From: a virus
Strand: one strand, 5' to 3'
Length of the DNA: 64,000 nt
IMG/VR virus record: IMGVR_UViG_3300032304_003098
Span: 32,001-96,000 of that record
Part shown: positions 19,128-29,058 of the stretch, piece after piece
Layout of the letters: each line of letters opens with the position of its first letter
How positions within the stretch are numbered: the stretch's first letter is position 1
Position numbers and translations under genes: made by a program
Notes under the pieces: model-generated
The model's input: the letters and a program-made list of their open reading frames with translations, nothing else
What the model was told of the DNA's origin: nothing
Databases searched by the model: none

Positions 19128-19389
19128 AATTCTTTTGGATTTAAACGATTTTCAACTCAACGAGGATGTAAATTCCGATCTGGTTAATGCAAAAAAAGCG
19201 GTCAATGACCAATTACAAGCAATTAGAGATGAGATCCAAAATGAAAAAAAACAAACAGAAGTAGCACAAAAATCTGCCAGTTTAAAAAAACAGGCAACTT
19301 TATACTCTGCTTTACCCGCCATGTTGAACAAACTGGCTACGGCGATGGAAGCAAAAGATAAATCTGGGGATAAAACAAACATATACTAG
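19120..19389 (+). CDS. Small putative internal head protein
   Basis: MTKILLDLNDFQLNE. Confidence 0.65.
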   Translation: MTKILLDLNDFQLNEDVNSDLVNAKKAVNDQLQAIRDEIQNEKKQTEVAQKSASLKKQATLYSALPAMLNKLATAMEAKDKSGDKTNIY

Positions 19390-19391
19390 AA

Positions 19392-21854
19392 ATGCATAAT
19401 TATTTCACACACAATCCAGCTGCTAAAGCTATCATCACAAATTTTATGAATTTGAATGAAAACGCTTCGGTGGACAATCTTCTCAAACGGGCCACCGAAA
19501 TTAGTCTTGATACTTTCAAGAAAATTGTTTTTGATCTGGCTTCTCATGATAACCGTAACCCTGATGTTTTAAGAGCTATGTTGTTGGACGTTGCCTCTGC
19601 TAAAACTGTCAAAAGTCTGGTGGCCAAATTTAAAGACTATGCCGGTGAAGCGGAACTAGGTGATGCTAGATTCTCCAAAGTTAAAAATATGTACATTAAC
19701 GCCTTAAATTCTTTGGGTGATGCACTTAAAAGACTTGTTGAGGTCGATTCCAAGTTGGAAGATGGAATTATTAATACCTTCAAAATTTCGGCCAATAGAT
19801 TGATTTCATCTTTAGATTCTATTGCTGTTAATTATTCTAAGAAACAAACCGCCAATGAAAATTTGAGTTTAGGTTTTGGTCTTGAAGAGATCAACGAATC
19901 TTTGTTCATTGGATTTAAAGGTAGAATCGAAAAACTAAGAAAGAAGCTGGTAAATCTAATTTCCGATTCTAAAGGTAAAGATGCCAAAAACGGTTATGGT
20001 AGAGATTGGCAAAGACTTTTCACTACTTTAGAACAAAAACTAGAAGCGATTGAAAATTCTAAAGATTTAACCGGAGAAAGAGACAGAAAAACTTTAGGCG
20101 AGTTGGAAAAACAGGCGGATTCTTTATCTGAAGAATATTACAATTATAAGATTAAAGCTGCGGAGATGAGCATGAAAAAAATCATCGAAGACGATGAGCT
20201 TATTACCAAGTATTCTGATGTGACTGAGATTATTACTGCTGCTTTGGATATGATAGCTAAAGCAAATGTGCAAGAATTGTTAATTGATAAAACTTTGCGG
20301 GAGGAGATGGATGAGATGGAACAAAAAGTTATTCAAAAGGTTTTCCCCATTAAGATAGGGGCGAAGGATACAGATTTAAAATTTAAGAAGTCTGGTATCA
20401 CAGCTGCAGTGCAAAAATCTTTGATGGCAGCTTTCCCTCCATTCAAAACTTTTTTGCAAAAACACGGGGGAGCAGACGGTAAATATGGACCTGCAACCTC
20501 AGCCTGTATTAAATCTATCCAGTCTCTACTGGGCAACAAAAACGCCAATGGTGAATTAGACAAACCTTTGTTTGATTCATTTTTAAAAATGGAACAAATT
20601 TCATCCGAAAACAAAAAAGCATTGACTAAGGCTTTGGATGTTTTGAAAAAAACATACGCTATGTCTGAATCAGAAGTTGTTGGAATAAATCAATTTTCAA
20701 AGATGTTTGAGGCCATTTTTATCGATGACGATGATTTGGAAAGAGAACTTGAAAAAAACACGGCAGAATTAGCCAAAATGCCAGATTCCGGGACAAGAGC
20801 AGAAAAAGAAGAAAAAACCACTGCTGATTCTAAATTGGCCAAAAATTTGGCCAAAAATTTAAGAAAGGGTTACAATAGAAATGCGGAGGAAGAGGATTTC
20901 TTAAAAGAGGATGGAACCTTGAAAAGTTCTTATCCAACCGAATTTGTCGAGGCCTGGTTGAAAACTTTAGAAGAAAATTCACGGGAATCGGACAAACCAG
21001 CCTTTTTTTGGATGCAGGGTTCTGACGAGAAAACGGGAGCTCTCTACTCGACCAAAAGATTGGCTGGAAATTACAAAAAACCTTATAATTGGTCCAAGTG
21101 GAAAGAATTTTCTGGTGGTGACACCCCACAAGACAGAGATTCTTTTGCCAAATGGTATACTGGATATTTCTCTAAGTTTGGTGGAATTCAGGACGACCAA
21201 AGAGAAAAAGTAATTAGTGAAATTTTAAACTTTTACTCCAATCCCAAAAACTCCTCCGGGGTTAATCCCAAATTAGCGGAATCTTTTAACTCTTGTGCTA
21301 GCTTTTATGATGATATCAAAGATGCATTGAAGAGTGGAAAATCCTCCCCTGATGCGGAAACCTATGAATATTTTAAACAGGGTTATTTAACTACTGAAGC
21401 TCTGCAAAAAATTGTAGCTGCTGCATCGAGAGCTGCACAAATTGACGATGAAGAACCGGACTTAGATTTTTATGATTTTCTGATGTTAGCAGTTTGTGTT
21501 TTTTTATGTGGTTCCACTTTAGCGTGGAATTCAGAAAAGAAAAAGTGGGATTCTTCCCTTTCCATTCTGAAAGATAAAGTTTTGAAGGAAGGGGTTCTCA
21601 ACAGAATCATGGAAAATAAGGTGGTTGAAAATGATCCTAAGGCTTTAATTCCATCTCTAAATAAAGAGGGGGTTGAAATTTTGAACAAAGGCTATGAAGG
21701 TAATTCCAAAAGAATTTTCAAAGAAAATTTAGAAAGAGCTTCATCTGTACTGGAACCTTTAATTCAGAGACATGCAGACAGAATCAATTACAAAACAAAG
21801 GAAGACATTAAGACTTTCGATTCGAAAAATGTTTTTGTTGTTAATTTAGATTGA
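19392..21854 (+). CDS. Large putative head/ejection protein with peptidoglycan-binding domain
   Basis: GADGKYGPATSACIKSIQ..NGELD (PG_binding_1-like); LNE/INE sites. Confidence 0.65.
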   Translation: MHNYFTHNPAAKAIITNFMNLNENASVDNLLKRATEISLDTFKKIVFDLASHDNRNPDVLRAMLLDVASAKTVKSLVAKFKDYAGEAELGDARFSKVKNMYINALNSLGDALKRLVEVDSKLEDGIINTFKISANRLISSLDSIAVNYSKKQTANENLSLGFGLEEINESLFIGFKGRIEKLRKKLVNLISDSKGKDAKNGYGRDWQRLFTTLEQKLEAIENSKDLTGERDRKTLGELEKQADSLSEEYYNYKIKAAEMSMKKIIEDDELITKYSDVTEIITAALDMIAKANVQELLIDKTLREEMDEMEQKVIQKVFPIKIGAKDTDLKFKKSGITAAVQKSLMAAFPPFKTFLQKHGGADGKYGPATSACIKSIQSLLGNKNANGELDKPLFDSFLKMEQISSENKKALTKALDVLKKTYAMSESEVVGINQFSKMFEAIFIDDDDLERELEKNTAELAKMPDSGTRAEKEEKTTADSKLAKNLAKNLRKGYNRNAEEEDFLKEDGTLKSSYPTEFVEAWLKTLEENSRESDKPAFFWMQGSDEKTGALYSTKRLAGNYKKPYNWSKWKEFSGGDTPQDRDSFAKWYTGYFSKFGGIQDDQREKVISEILNFYSNPKNSSGVNPKLAESFNSCASFYDDIKDALKSGKSSPDAETYEYFKQGYLTTEALQKIVAAASRAAQIDDEEPDLDFYDFLMLAVCVFLCGSTLAWNSEKKKWDSSLSILKDKVLKEGVLNRIMENKVVENDPKALIPSLNKEGVEILNKGYEGNSKRIFKENLERASSVLEPLIQRHADRINYKTKEDIKTFDSKNVFVVNLD

Positions 21855-21905
21855 GTGTTATAGAATGTTATTTTTTTCTTAAATTTGGACATTAAATCAA
21901 ATGTC

Positions 21906-22265
21906 ATGAACAAATTAATTTTGTTTTGGTGTACGATTCTGCTTCTTTCGTGTCAGAATAAACAAACCATTAGTCCAATCGATCCCGGATTTACTAAATC
22001 TGAAATTAACGAGCAGATCATAAAACCAGCTTTACAACAAGGTAATCTTTTAAAAGATAAACCCCTCTCCCTCAAAATCAATAAGACTTTAGCAAAATTT
22101 AGAGCCCAATACCCGACAGAATATATGAAATTTGGTCAGGTGGATGGTGATATTGAAAGAGCAAATTTTCTAAAGGGTAACAGAAAATTCAAAAAAATTT
22201 GGAAAAAATTGGGTTATTCCAAAAAGGAACTTATGCAGATTATTCACCTAAGAAGATGTGAATAA
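21906..22265 (+). CDS. Lipoprotein
   Basis: MNKLILFWCTILLLS-C lipobox. Confidence 0.7.
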   Translation: MNKLILFWCTILLLSCQNKQTISPIDPGFTKSEINEQIIKPALQQGNLLKDKPLSLKINKTLAKFRAQYPTEYMKFGQVDGDIERANFLKGNRKFKKIWKKLGYSKKELMQIIHLRRCE

Positions 22266-22273
22266 ATTGATAA

Positions 22274-23137
22274 ATGTTCAAACAATCTATTTATTTGTTG
22301 TTGTTTCACACGGAGGGGTTTCCACACGACGAAGGGTTTGATATTTCTAAATCTGCCCAAGACGTGGAAAAAGCTTTAAGTGGAGTTTTTACCGATATTC
22401 TAATTTATACACCACGTAAGTTGAAACAACTTCCTGGATCAGAAAATTTTTGTAATTTTCACGAAGGTGAATTTTCTTTGAATCCTGGGTTAAATCAAAT
22501 AGGGTGTGGGGATTTTAAATCGTTTTTAATTGAACATACACTGAATGAAATCCCACCAAACTCTTTATTGATTTATCACGACTGTAACTTTGAAAAATAT
22601 GTCCAGTATTGGCAAACTGATTGGTCAGATTTGGAAAATATTTGTGATTATTTTTTGGATCAAAACTTTTCTGATTTTTTTATCCCTTTTGAGGAAAGAG
22701 ATCATGCAGGAAATTATCCTAAGGTTAAACATTTTGGAAAAAGATACACAACTCAGTATTTTTTTACAGATCAGGAATTGGTTAGAATTTTAGAAGAATC
22801 CCCTATGCTGGGATCTTCTAGAATGATTATTAGAAACACTCCTGCCTCAAGAGAGTTTTTCTCTGATTTTAGAAAATTCAACGAGAAAAAGGACCTTTTA
22901 ACTAAATGGCCAAATGCAGATCCGCATCCAGAATTCATTCATTCGTGTCCAGAACAACACATATTAAATTTGTTGGTGTTTAAATACATCACAGAAGGTA
23001 AACTTCATCCGTACTTTCCAAGATTTAGATTTTGCCATAGAAGGATGAGAATCGATGAATATTTAGAATCCTATAAAAATGAAAATCTATTTAATTATCT
23101 AAAAAAAATTCAAACTATCCATGATTACAATTTTTGA
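22274..23137 (+). CDS. Putative glycosyltransferase (GT-A-like)
   Basis: FKSFLI...LLIYHDCN (DxD-like), HSCPEQHILNLL (HRxDQS-like). Confidence 0.5.
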   Translation: MFKQSIYLLLFHTEGFPHDEGFDISKSAQDVEKALSGVFTDILIYTPRKLKQLPGSENFCNFHEGEFSLNPGLNQIGCGDFKSFLIEHTLNEIPPNSLLIYHDCNFEKYVQYWQTDWSDLENICDYFLDQNFSDFFIPFEERDHAGNYPKVKHFGKRYTTQYFFTDQELVRILEESPMLGSSRMIIRNTPASREFFSDFRKFNEKKDLLTKWPNADPHPEFIHSCPEQHILNLLVFKYITEGKLHPYFPRFRFCHRRMRIDEYLESYKNENLFNYLKKIQTIHDYNF

Positions 23138-23663
23138 AGGTGCCAGGAACTCGGGAAAAACCTTTCTTGCCAACTCTTATGCCAAACAAACTAACCTCCC
23201 TATTTACAAATTTGAATTTTCAGGTTGGTTTTCTGAATTAATGATTCCAGATGATGATCCTGTAACTCACTATTTTGCTTTGGGCAAAGAGGCCATGCTA
23301 CTACAACTAAACAGAGATGGATTTTTATCTGATTTTATTTTGGATCGGGGATTTCTCACAGTTTTAACTTGGGGAATTATTAGTGACCGGATTACTCATC
23401 AACTGGCTTTACAACAGCTCAATCTCTTCAGAGATAAAGGTTTATTGGGCAATTTGAAAATTATTTTAGTCGAAGGTACAAATCCTTCATCTGAAGCCCG
23501 AAATAAAGATTTGTGGGATTTTAGAGAAAATACCTCGCAGGAAAAAGAAACTTTACTTAATTTGGTTTCAACACTTCAATTAATTGAACCAGATATACAA
23601 ATTGTGAAACTTACCAATGATTTTACAGATAAGACATCAAGTAATTTAACCGAATTAATTTGA
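23121..23663 (+). CDS. P-loop nucleotide monophosphate kinase (dTMP kinase-like)
   Basis: IFEGARNSGKT, ILDRGFLT. Confidence 0.75.
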   Translation: MITIFEGARNSGKTFLANSYAKQTNLPIYKFEFSGWFSELMIPDDDPVTHYFALGKEAMLLQLNRDGFLSDFILDRGFLTVLTWGIISDRITHQLALQQLNLFRDKGLLGNLKIILVEGTNPSSEARNKDLWDFRENTSQEKETLLNLVSTLQLIEPDIQIVKLTNDFTDKTSSNLTELI

Positions 23664-23664
23664 T

Positions 23665-25074
23665 ATGTGTGGAATCTTCATAAACATAGACGGAGAAAAA
23701 GAAAGATTAAATTCTTTGTCCCACAGAGGCATCGAATCTAATACTATCGAAAGAGAGGGAATCTATTTATGTCATACTAGACTTCCCATCCAAACAGAAG
23801 AGGGTGACGGATGGAAGCAACCAATTGAGATTTCACCTGGAATTTTTCTTTTGTACAACGGGGAAATCTTCAATTATGACACTTCTGTGTTTGGGTCTGA
23901 TATCGAATATTTATGTCACATTTTCTCTTCTTGGAAAGGAGGTTCTTTCGAAATGTTTTGTTCAATGTTTATGCCTAGGGTCCAAACATGGGATGGTTTT
24001 TGGGCTTTAGCTATCTATGATGCTAAAAATAAAGATGTTATCTGTTTCACGGATCCTTTGGGAAAAAAATGTCTTTATGTAAATGAAGATGGAGAATTAG
24101 CCTCGGAAATTAAATCCGTTAAACATTGGTTTAGCCCTAAAGATTCTCATTTTATTTCTACTGTTAGAAAATTTGGCTATGTGACCGACGATTCCACTTC
24201 ATATTTGGATGTGAAAAGAATTTTACCAAACACAATCTACCATTATAATCTGAATTCTCCAAGTTTTAAAACCACTTATGCTAATTATTATCAGGGTTTC
24301 AATTTCCCCATCGAAAATTTAGCTTCTGGAGATTATGAAGCCCATATGGAGTGGCTGTGGGCAAAACTTTTTGAATCTGTCCGAAACAGATTAATTTCTA
24401 AAAACTACCCTATTTCCCTTTTGGTATCTGGAGGTTTAGATTCCTCAATTATTGCTGGAATTTTGAAAGAGCTAGCACCAGAGGTAAAATGGTTTTCTAT
24501 TGAAAATGGAGAATCTGAATATGTTAATATTTTATCCAGATTTCATCAAAAGACGGTGAATTTTCTAGATTACAAAATGGATGAATTGCAAATTAAAAAA
24601 ATCTATCAAGATTGGAATGAAAGTCCTATTGATTTAGGATCTGTAGTTCCTCAATACTTCCTTTTTGAATCTGTTAAAAAATATGGTGAATCTAGAATTG
24701 TTTTGAGTGGGGATGGAGCTGATGAGCTTTTTGGGGGTTACTCTAGAATTCATGAATATGATTCCCAATTTTCGGATGTTTTCGATGAGTTGAGATTTTA
24801 TCATTTACCTAGATTAGATAAGCTTTCTATGGCACACACCTTAGAACTTAGAAATCCTTTCCTCAATTTGGATTTAGTACGGTTTGCCCTTCATCTTCCT
24901 AGAGAATGGAGAACCGATAAAAAAATTCTAAAAGACACATTTGGTCCCTTACTGCCTGTAGAAATTGTAAATAGACCGAAGGAGGCACTGAAGAACCCCA
25001 AAATCAAAGAAAACAAATTAAAATACCGTCAGCATGCGGTAGATCTTTTTTTAGATCCCGAATCAAACCAATGA
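23665..25074 (+). CDS. asnB: Asparagine synthetase B-like glutamine amidotransferase
   Basis: MCGI, HRG, YNGEIFN, SGGLDSS, SGDGADELFGGY, ELRNPFL. Confidence 0.9.
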   Translation: MCGIFINIDGEKERLNSLSHRGIESNTIEREGIYLCHTRLPIQTEEGDGWKQPIEISPGIFLLYNGEIFNYDTSVFGSDIEYLCHIFSSWKGGSFEMFCSMFMPRVQTWDGFWALAIYDAKNKDVICFTDPLGKKCLYVNEDGELASEIKSVKHWFSPKDSHFISTVRKFGYVTDDSTSYLDVKRILPNTIYHYNLNSPSFKTTYANYYQGFNFPIENLASGDYEAHMEWLWAKLFESVRNRLISKNYPISLLVSGGLDSSIIAGILKELAPEVKWFSIENGESEYVNILSRFHQKTVNFLDYKMDELQIKKIYQDWNESPIDLGSVVPQYFLFESVKKYGESRIVLSGDGADELFGGYSRIHEYDSQFSDVFDELRFYHLPRLDKLSMAHTLELRNPFLNLDLVRFALHLPREWRTDKKILKDTFGPLLPVEIVNRPKEALKNPKIKENKLKYRQHAVDLFLDPESNQ

Positions 25075-25091
25075 TTTCAAAAAGGAAAGTA

Positions 25092-25099
25092 GATATATA
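25092..25099 (+). promoter_or_regulatory. Putative late promoter GATATATA
   Basis: 16 nt before ATG 25116; within an AGTAGA/TCTACT inverted pair. Confidence 0.65.
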
Positions 25100-25115
25100 G
25101 AAAAAAGTCTACTCG

Positions 25116-25838
25116 ATGAAAATCCAGAAAGTCCAAAATTTTGACCAGTTTACATCCCAAAAAATTGAAGAAGCTAATGATTCGTTTTTCTCTTTTGATT
25201 TTTTAGGTAATCTTTTTAACAAAGGGTTTGATGCTTTCACTGACGTTTTAAAGAACAAAGTTATAGCCCATCTTCTGGAATATTTAGGCATAGGCGAAGG
25301 CACAATTTTAAGTAAACTTGTTCAAAACTTCGTTGAACAAATTGAGGTTAAAGATTATTACGCTATTCTATTTAAATCGAAGATGAATGCTCGATATCTT
25401 GCCCCAAAAGCTGCTAATGCTACCATGGAGTTTTTAGTTGAAAATGGATTTAATGATGTAGCCAAAGCCTTGGGTGTAACTGATACTAATGGTTATATTT
25501 ACAGAACAATACAAGAAGGATTGGTAAATGAGGTTACACGAAAAGATTTTGCTAAAAGATTGGAGTCTTTTTATCTGATGTTATTTGGCGGAGTTCCTGA
25601 ACAATCTGTAGAGATCTTTCAAAAATCTCTTAAGCCTGAAGAAAAAGCAAAATTACAAAACGACCTGGTCACAAAAGCAAAATCTGCGGGGATCAAAGCA
25701 GAAAAACCAGAAGAAAAAAATGCTATGCTGACCAACTTTTTTGCAAATATAGGATCTCTAAATCAAGCCAATCCAACCCAGATCGCAACTACCGCTGGAG
25801 AAGATTTATTCACGAGCTTAATCCAGCCTACAAAATAA
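25116..25838 (+). CDS. Putative internal head protein
   Basis: MKIQKVQNFDQF...IEE N-terminus; late motif upstream. Confidence 0.6.
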   Translation: MKIQKVQNFDQFTSQKIEEANDSFFSFDFLGNLFNKGFDAFTDVLKNKVIAHLLEYLGIGEGTILSKLVQNFVEQIEVKDYYAILFKSKMNARYLAPKAANATMEFLVENGFNDVAKALGVTDTNGYIYRTIQEGLVNEVTRKDFAKRLESFYLMLFGGVPEQSVEIFQKSLKPEEKAKLQNDLVTKAKSAGIKAEKPEEKNAMLTNFFANIGSLNQANPTQIATTAGEDLFTSLIQPTK

Positions 25839-25846
25839 AATTCAAG

Positions 25847-26191
25847 ATGAATATAAACGATGTATCCAAAAGGGAAATTTTAGATTTCAAAGATTTTTTG
25901 GGCAAGGTTATGGATAATACCTTTAAACCTTTAGCTGCTGAAAATCAAAAAGACAGCTATGATCGCACAGGATTTCATAAAATTAAAAGAGAGCCTGCCT
26001 ATGATTTTGTAGGTTATGCTGATGCAGTCTTTTCACCGGAAAGGGCAGGAATCGGCCTGCCTGGTTACAATGCAGGAGGCAACAGACAATATATTAATGC
26101 TATCGGTGGTCCAGGATTAGTCCAAACCTCTGCTACCAATGAATCTGAAAGTGTGGACCAAACTAAAATTAAAAGATTGTCAGATTTTTAA
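25847..26191 (+). CDS. Putative internal head protein
   Basis: ILDFKDF near N-term; TNES...KIKRLSDF at C-term. Confidence 0.6.
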   Translation: MNINDVSKREILDFKDFLGKVMDNTFKPLAAENQKDSYDRTGFHKIKREPAYDFVGYADAVFSPERAGIGLPGYNAGGNRQYINAIGGPGLVQTSATNESESVDQTKIKRLSDF

Positions 26192-26209
26192 AATTCTGAT
26201 TTGTAAAAT

Positions 26210-26243
26210 AAAAGGGACGGGATCGAAACTCGTCCTTTTTTTT
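26210..26243 (+). terminator. Rho-independent terminator
   Basis: AAAAGGGACGGG-ATCGAAA-CTCGTCCTTTTTTTT. Confidence 0.8.
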
Positions 26244-26267
26244 GTGTATAACTTTTAAATTATTTGT

Positions 26268-26939
26268 ATGTCGAAAATTCGTTTAGTCCACATTTTAACA
26301 GAAATAGACACACCCAGAGAAAAAGCATCTATCAATTCTTTGTCCCCCCTTGGTGAACTTGGGCTTGAATACGTCCAACAAGTAAATCAGAGATACAAAG
26401 GGGAAGAGTGGAAATTAACAAAAGCTTTAACCCAAAGCGAGCACACAAATCACGGACCTGGACACTACGGTGCTTTTCATTCTTTCAAAAAAGCAATCGA
26501 AGAAAATTTTACGCCCGATCTGGATGCTTTAGTTCTTTGTGAGTGTGATTGTGTGTTGGAAGTTCCCCATCATAACTTTATGCAAACCCTCGATAGGGGC
26601 ATCCAATTTTGCTCCAAACATGATATTCGTTATCTTTCCTTAGGATCCAGGTTTGTAAACGGCTTTCTTCAGAGCCCAGTCTCCGAAACAGATCCAGATT
26701 TTGGGGACTTTTATATCACAACAAAAATTATTTTGGCCCACTGTGTTGTTTTACACAAGAGCTCAAGAGAATTTTATCTAGAGGCTTTGAAAAATCACTC
26801 TTGGGATAGTCCAGATATTTGGTTTAACGAAGTAAATTGGCTTCATAATAATTACAGGTTTGCTATTCCTTGGGAGAGATCTGCCTATCAACACGAAGGA
26901 CATTCTTTAATAGACGATTGTTGGAAAAATTCACAATAG
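26268..26939 (+). CDS. Putative glycosyltransferase (GT25-like)
   Basis: GHYGAFHSFKKAI...ALVLCECDC resembles GCxxSH...lilEDD; LAHCVVL. Confidence 0.6.
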   Translation: MSKIRLVHILTEIDTPREKASINSLSPLGELGLEYVQQVNQRYKGEEWKLTKALTQSEHTNHGPGHYGAFHSFKKAIEENFTPDLDALVLCECDCVLEVPHHNFMQTLDRGIQFCSKHDIRYLSLGSRFVNGFLQSPVSETDPDFGDFYITTKIILAHCVVLHKSSREFYLEALKNHSWDSPDIWFNEVNWLHNNYRFAIPWERSAYQHEGHSLIDDCWKNSQ

Positions 26940-27641
26940 TTCCAGCTTTCTTTCCGTATCACGGACGAACAATTCTTTAGCTATTTTTAAGATATTTGAA
27001 TCTGAATTGAAATCTTCGTGAATCTCCATCGCTGTTATGCTTAGGGAATCGGATTTAACCCCGATAGCCACGATGATTTCATTGATTAGATGATCGTAAT
27101 TTATGGAAAAAAAATTATTTGTGATTTTAACTTTTTTCATCAAAATTCCAAAAGATGAAGAATTGGAATATCTTGACCACCAAAAAGGATGAATTTCGTC
27201 GGTTGCCATATTTCTAACTAAAAGAATGCCGCATTCTGAGTTTTTAACTTCTGGGTTTAAATTATACACCGAAATTCTATCCTCCAATTTTTTCCAAATG
27301 GAAGTAATTATCTCAGCATAACGATACAAACAATCTAAAGAAATTTCAATTATACTAGACAATTCCTCTCTTTCTGCTGTAGTGAGTTTGAGGGCTTCAA
27401 ATTCTTGTGCGATCTCTTTTTCTTTGGCCTGTAAATCATGGAGTGGAAAAATTTGTCCTCCTATAATTTTATCCATTAACTTCAAATCTTTGATTATCGC
27501 AAAAACTTTTCTAATTGGTTGATAAATGTTGTCTTTACGAATTTCTTTATTTACCCCCTGTAAAAAATTTAATAAAATGTATTGTTTATGTTCGGCATCT
27601 ATTGGGGACTTTAGAAACCAGGTAGTATCTATATTTTCCAT
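26931..27641 (-). CDS. Hypothetical protein resembling a Bacteroidetes-conserved family
   Basis: WFLKSPIDAEHKQYILLNFLQ; fills gap; AATATATA on - strand at 27671-27678. Confidence 0.75.
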   Translation of the reverse strand: MENIDTTWFLKSPIDAEHKQYILLNFLQGVNKEIRKDNIYQPIRKVFAIIKDLKLMDKIIGGQIFPLHDLQAKEKEIAQEFEALKLTTAEREELSSIIEISLDCLYRYAEIITSIWKKLEDRISVYNLNPEVKNSECGILLVRNMATDEIHPFWWSRYSNSSSFGILMKKVKITNNFFSINYDHLINEIIVAIGVKSDSLSITAMEIHEDFNSDSNILKIAKELFVRDTERKLELL

Positions 27642-27713
27642 GACCTTGGTTTAAATTTTTAAATTCTGTTTATATATTCTTGTGGACTATCAGAAAAGAA
27701 AAAAAGGATTGAC

Positions 27714-27721
27714 GATATATA
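27714..27721 (+). promoter_or_regulatory. Putative late promoter GATATATA
   Basis: 19 nt before ATG 27741. Confidence 0.7.
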
Positions 27722-27740
27722 GACAAACAAATTTCAAGGC

Positions 27741-28175
27741 ATGAGAATTCAAGATTTTGGTTCATATTCTGTACAGAAGAAAAAAAATTTCACTTCAGAG
27801 TATACATTTACCTGCCCCTTGGATTATTTGGACGTCAAGCTAACAAACAGACCTCCTGAATTGTCAGATGTGGATGATTTGAAGTGCGAAATAGAATACG
27901 AAATTTCAATAGAAAGAAAAAAAGAAGGAGTTCAAGATATTTCATTTAAGATAAATCAAATTGAGTTGGAGTTAAAAGTAGACGACCATCCAGACGATCC
28001 CAAAGAATTCGAATTTGAAATTGTACCTGGTGAAAATATAGATCCAAATTTGGTTGTGGTTAGAAAGGGAGAATCTTTAATCCCTACAAGTCCTACTTTT
28101 TTACATATAGACATGAAGAAGTCTGCTAAAGTTGCCGACTTCAAGATTACAGTTTTATTTGGTAAGAATGAATAA
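27741..28175 (+). CDS. Hypothetical (putative head) protein
   Basis: MRIQDFGSY N-terminus; late motif. Confidence 0.7.
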   Translation: MRIQDFGSYSVQKKKNFTSEYTFTCPLDYLDVKLTNRPPELSDVDDLKCEIEYEISIERKKEGVQDISFKINQIELELKVDDHPDDPKEFEFEIVPGENIDPNLVVVRKGESLIPTSPTFLHIDMKKSAKVADFKITVLFGKNE

Positions 28176-29058
28176 GAATACAATTCCTAGTTTTTCAGAT
28201 TTTACAAATCTAAACGAATCAGAATCAACATCCAAGAAAAACCTGGGTATTATAGGTCCTTTGGCAAACTGGTCTCTTAAACTTCAGGTTTATCCAGAGC
28301 CCAATCGGGGCATGATTGGGTATGCTATAGATGAAAATTGGGTTGAAATATTTCATGAAAATAAAAAAGTCAGATTTCCAAAATCTTGCTGTGAAATGAA
28401 ATCTAATCCGAACTCTGCAGTTATCCACATTAAACCCCATACTAAGTGGTTTTCGAAATTGAAAAATAGAGAAGAAATGGAAGAATTCGTTGATAATTTC
28501 ATAGAATCCCATGCCATAAAAAAAGAAAAAGATTCAGAAAGAATTGCAGAAAGCACTCAAATACTGTTGGATTTGTTTGGAATACATTCGGATGTTCAAA
28601 ATACCAAAACTAGGTTTCCCGGCCTTTACGAGTTAACATTGGATAATGGGATGCAAATCGAAATGCAAAAAACAGAAGAATCTGAACTTTTTTCTGACTT
28701 CAAAATTTACAAATCATCAGATGCTAAATTTCCGGATGTTAGAATTAAAAGAAAAAATGACAAGTACCAGATGGAATTCAGAGGTCCCGCCGGGAAATTT
28801 TATGAATCTGAAGAATCTTTAACCGACCTGTTAGAAAACAGGGTTTGTACTTATCTGACCAAATGCGTTTTGGAAATGGATTGTCTAACAGAAGAATCTT
28901 ATTTAATTGAACAATTGAAAAAGACATTATCAGAGAAAATAGATCCGAAAAATGTCGAAAAACTAGAAAAAAGAAAAAGCGATATTCAAAATTTGAGAGG
29001 AATTCTAACCAATTCAATCGAAAACTCAAAGTTGGAAGAAATTCTCCAAAGCGAATAA
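28168..29058 (+). CDS. Putative internal head protein
   Basis: MNKNTIPSFSDFTNLNES. Confidence 0.65.
   Translation: MNKNTIPSFSDFTNLNESESTSKKNLGIIGPLANWSLKLQVYPEPNRGMIGYAIDENWVEIFHENKKVRFPKSCCEMKSNPNSAVIHIKPHTKWFSKLKNREEMEEFVDNFIESHAIKKEKDSERIAESTQILLDLFGIHSDVQNTKTRFPGLYELTLDNGMQIEMQKTEESELFSDFKIYKSSDAKFPDVRIKRKNDKYQMEFRGPAGKFYESEESLTDLLENRVCTYLTKCVLEMDCLTEESYLIEQLKKTLSEKIDPKNVEKLEKRKSDIQNLRGILTNSIENSKLEEILQSE

Noticed and set aside
23665-25074. AsnB-like gene as a lasso-peptide cyclase
   Set aside because: Intact glutaminase Cys; no B protease, RRE or precursor peptide nearby
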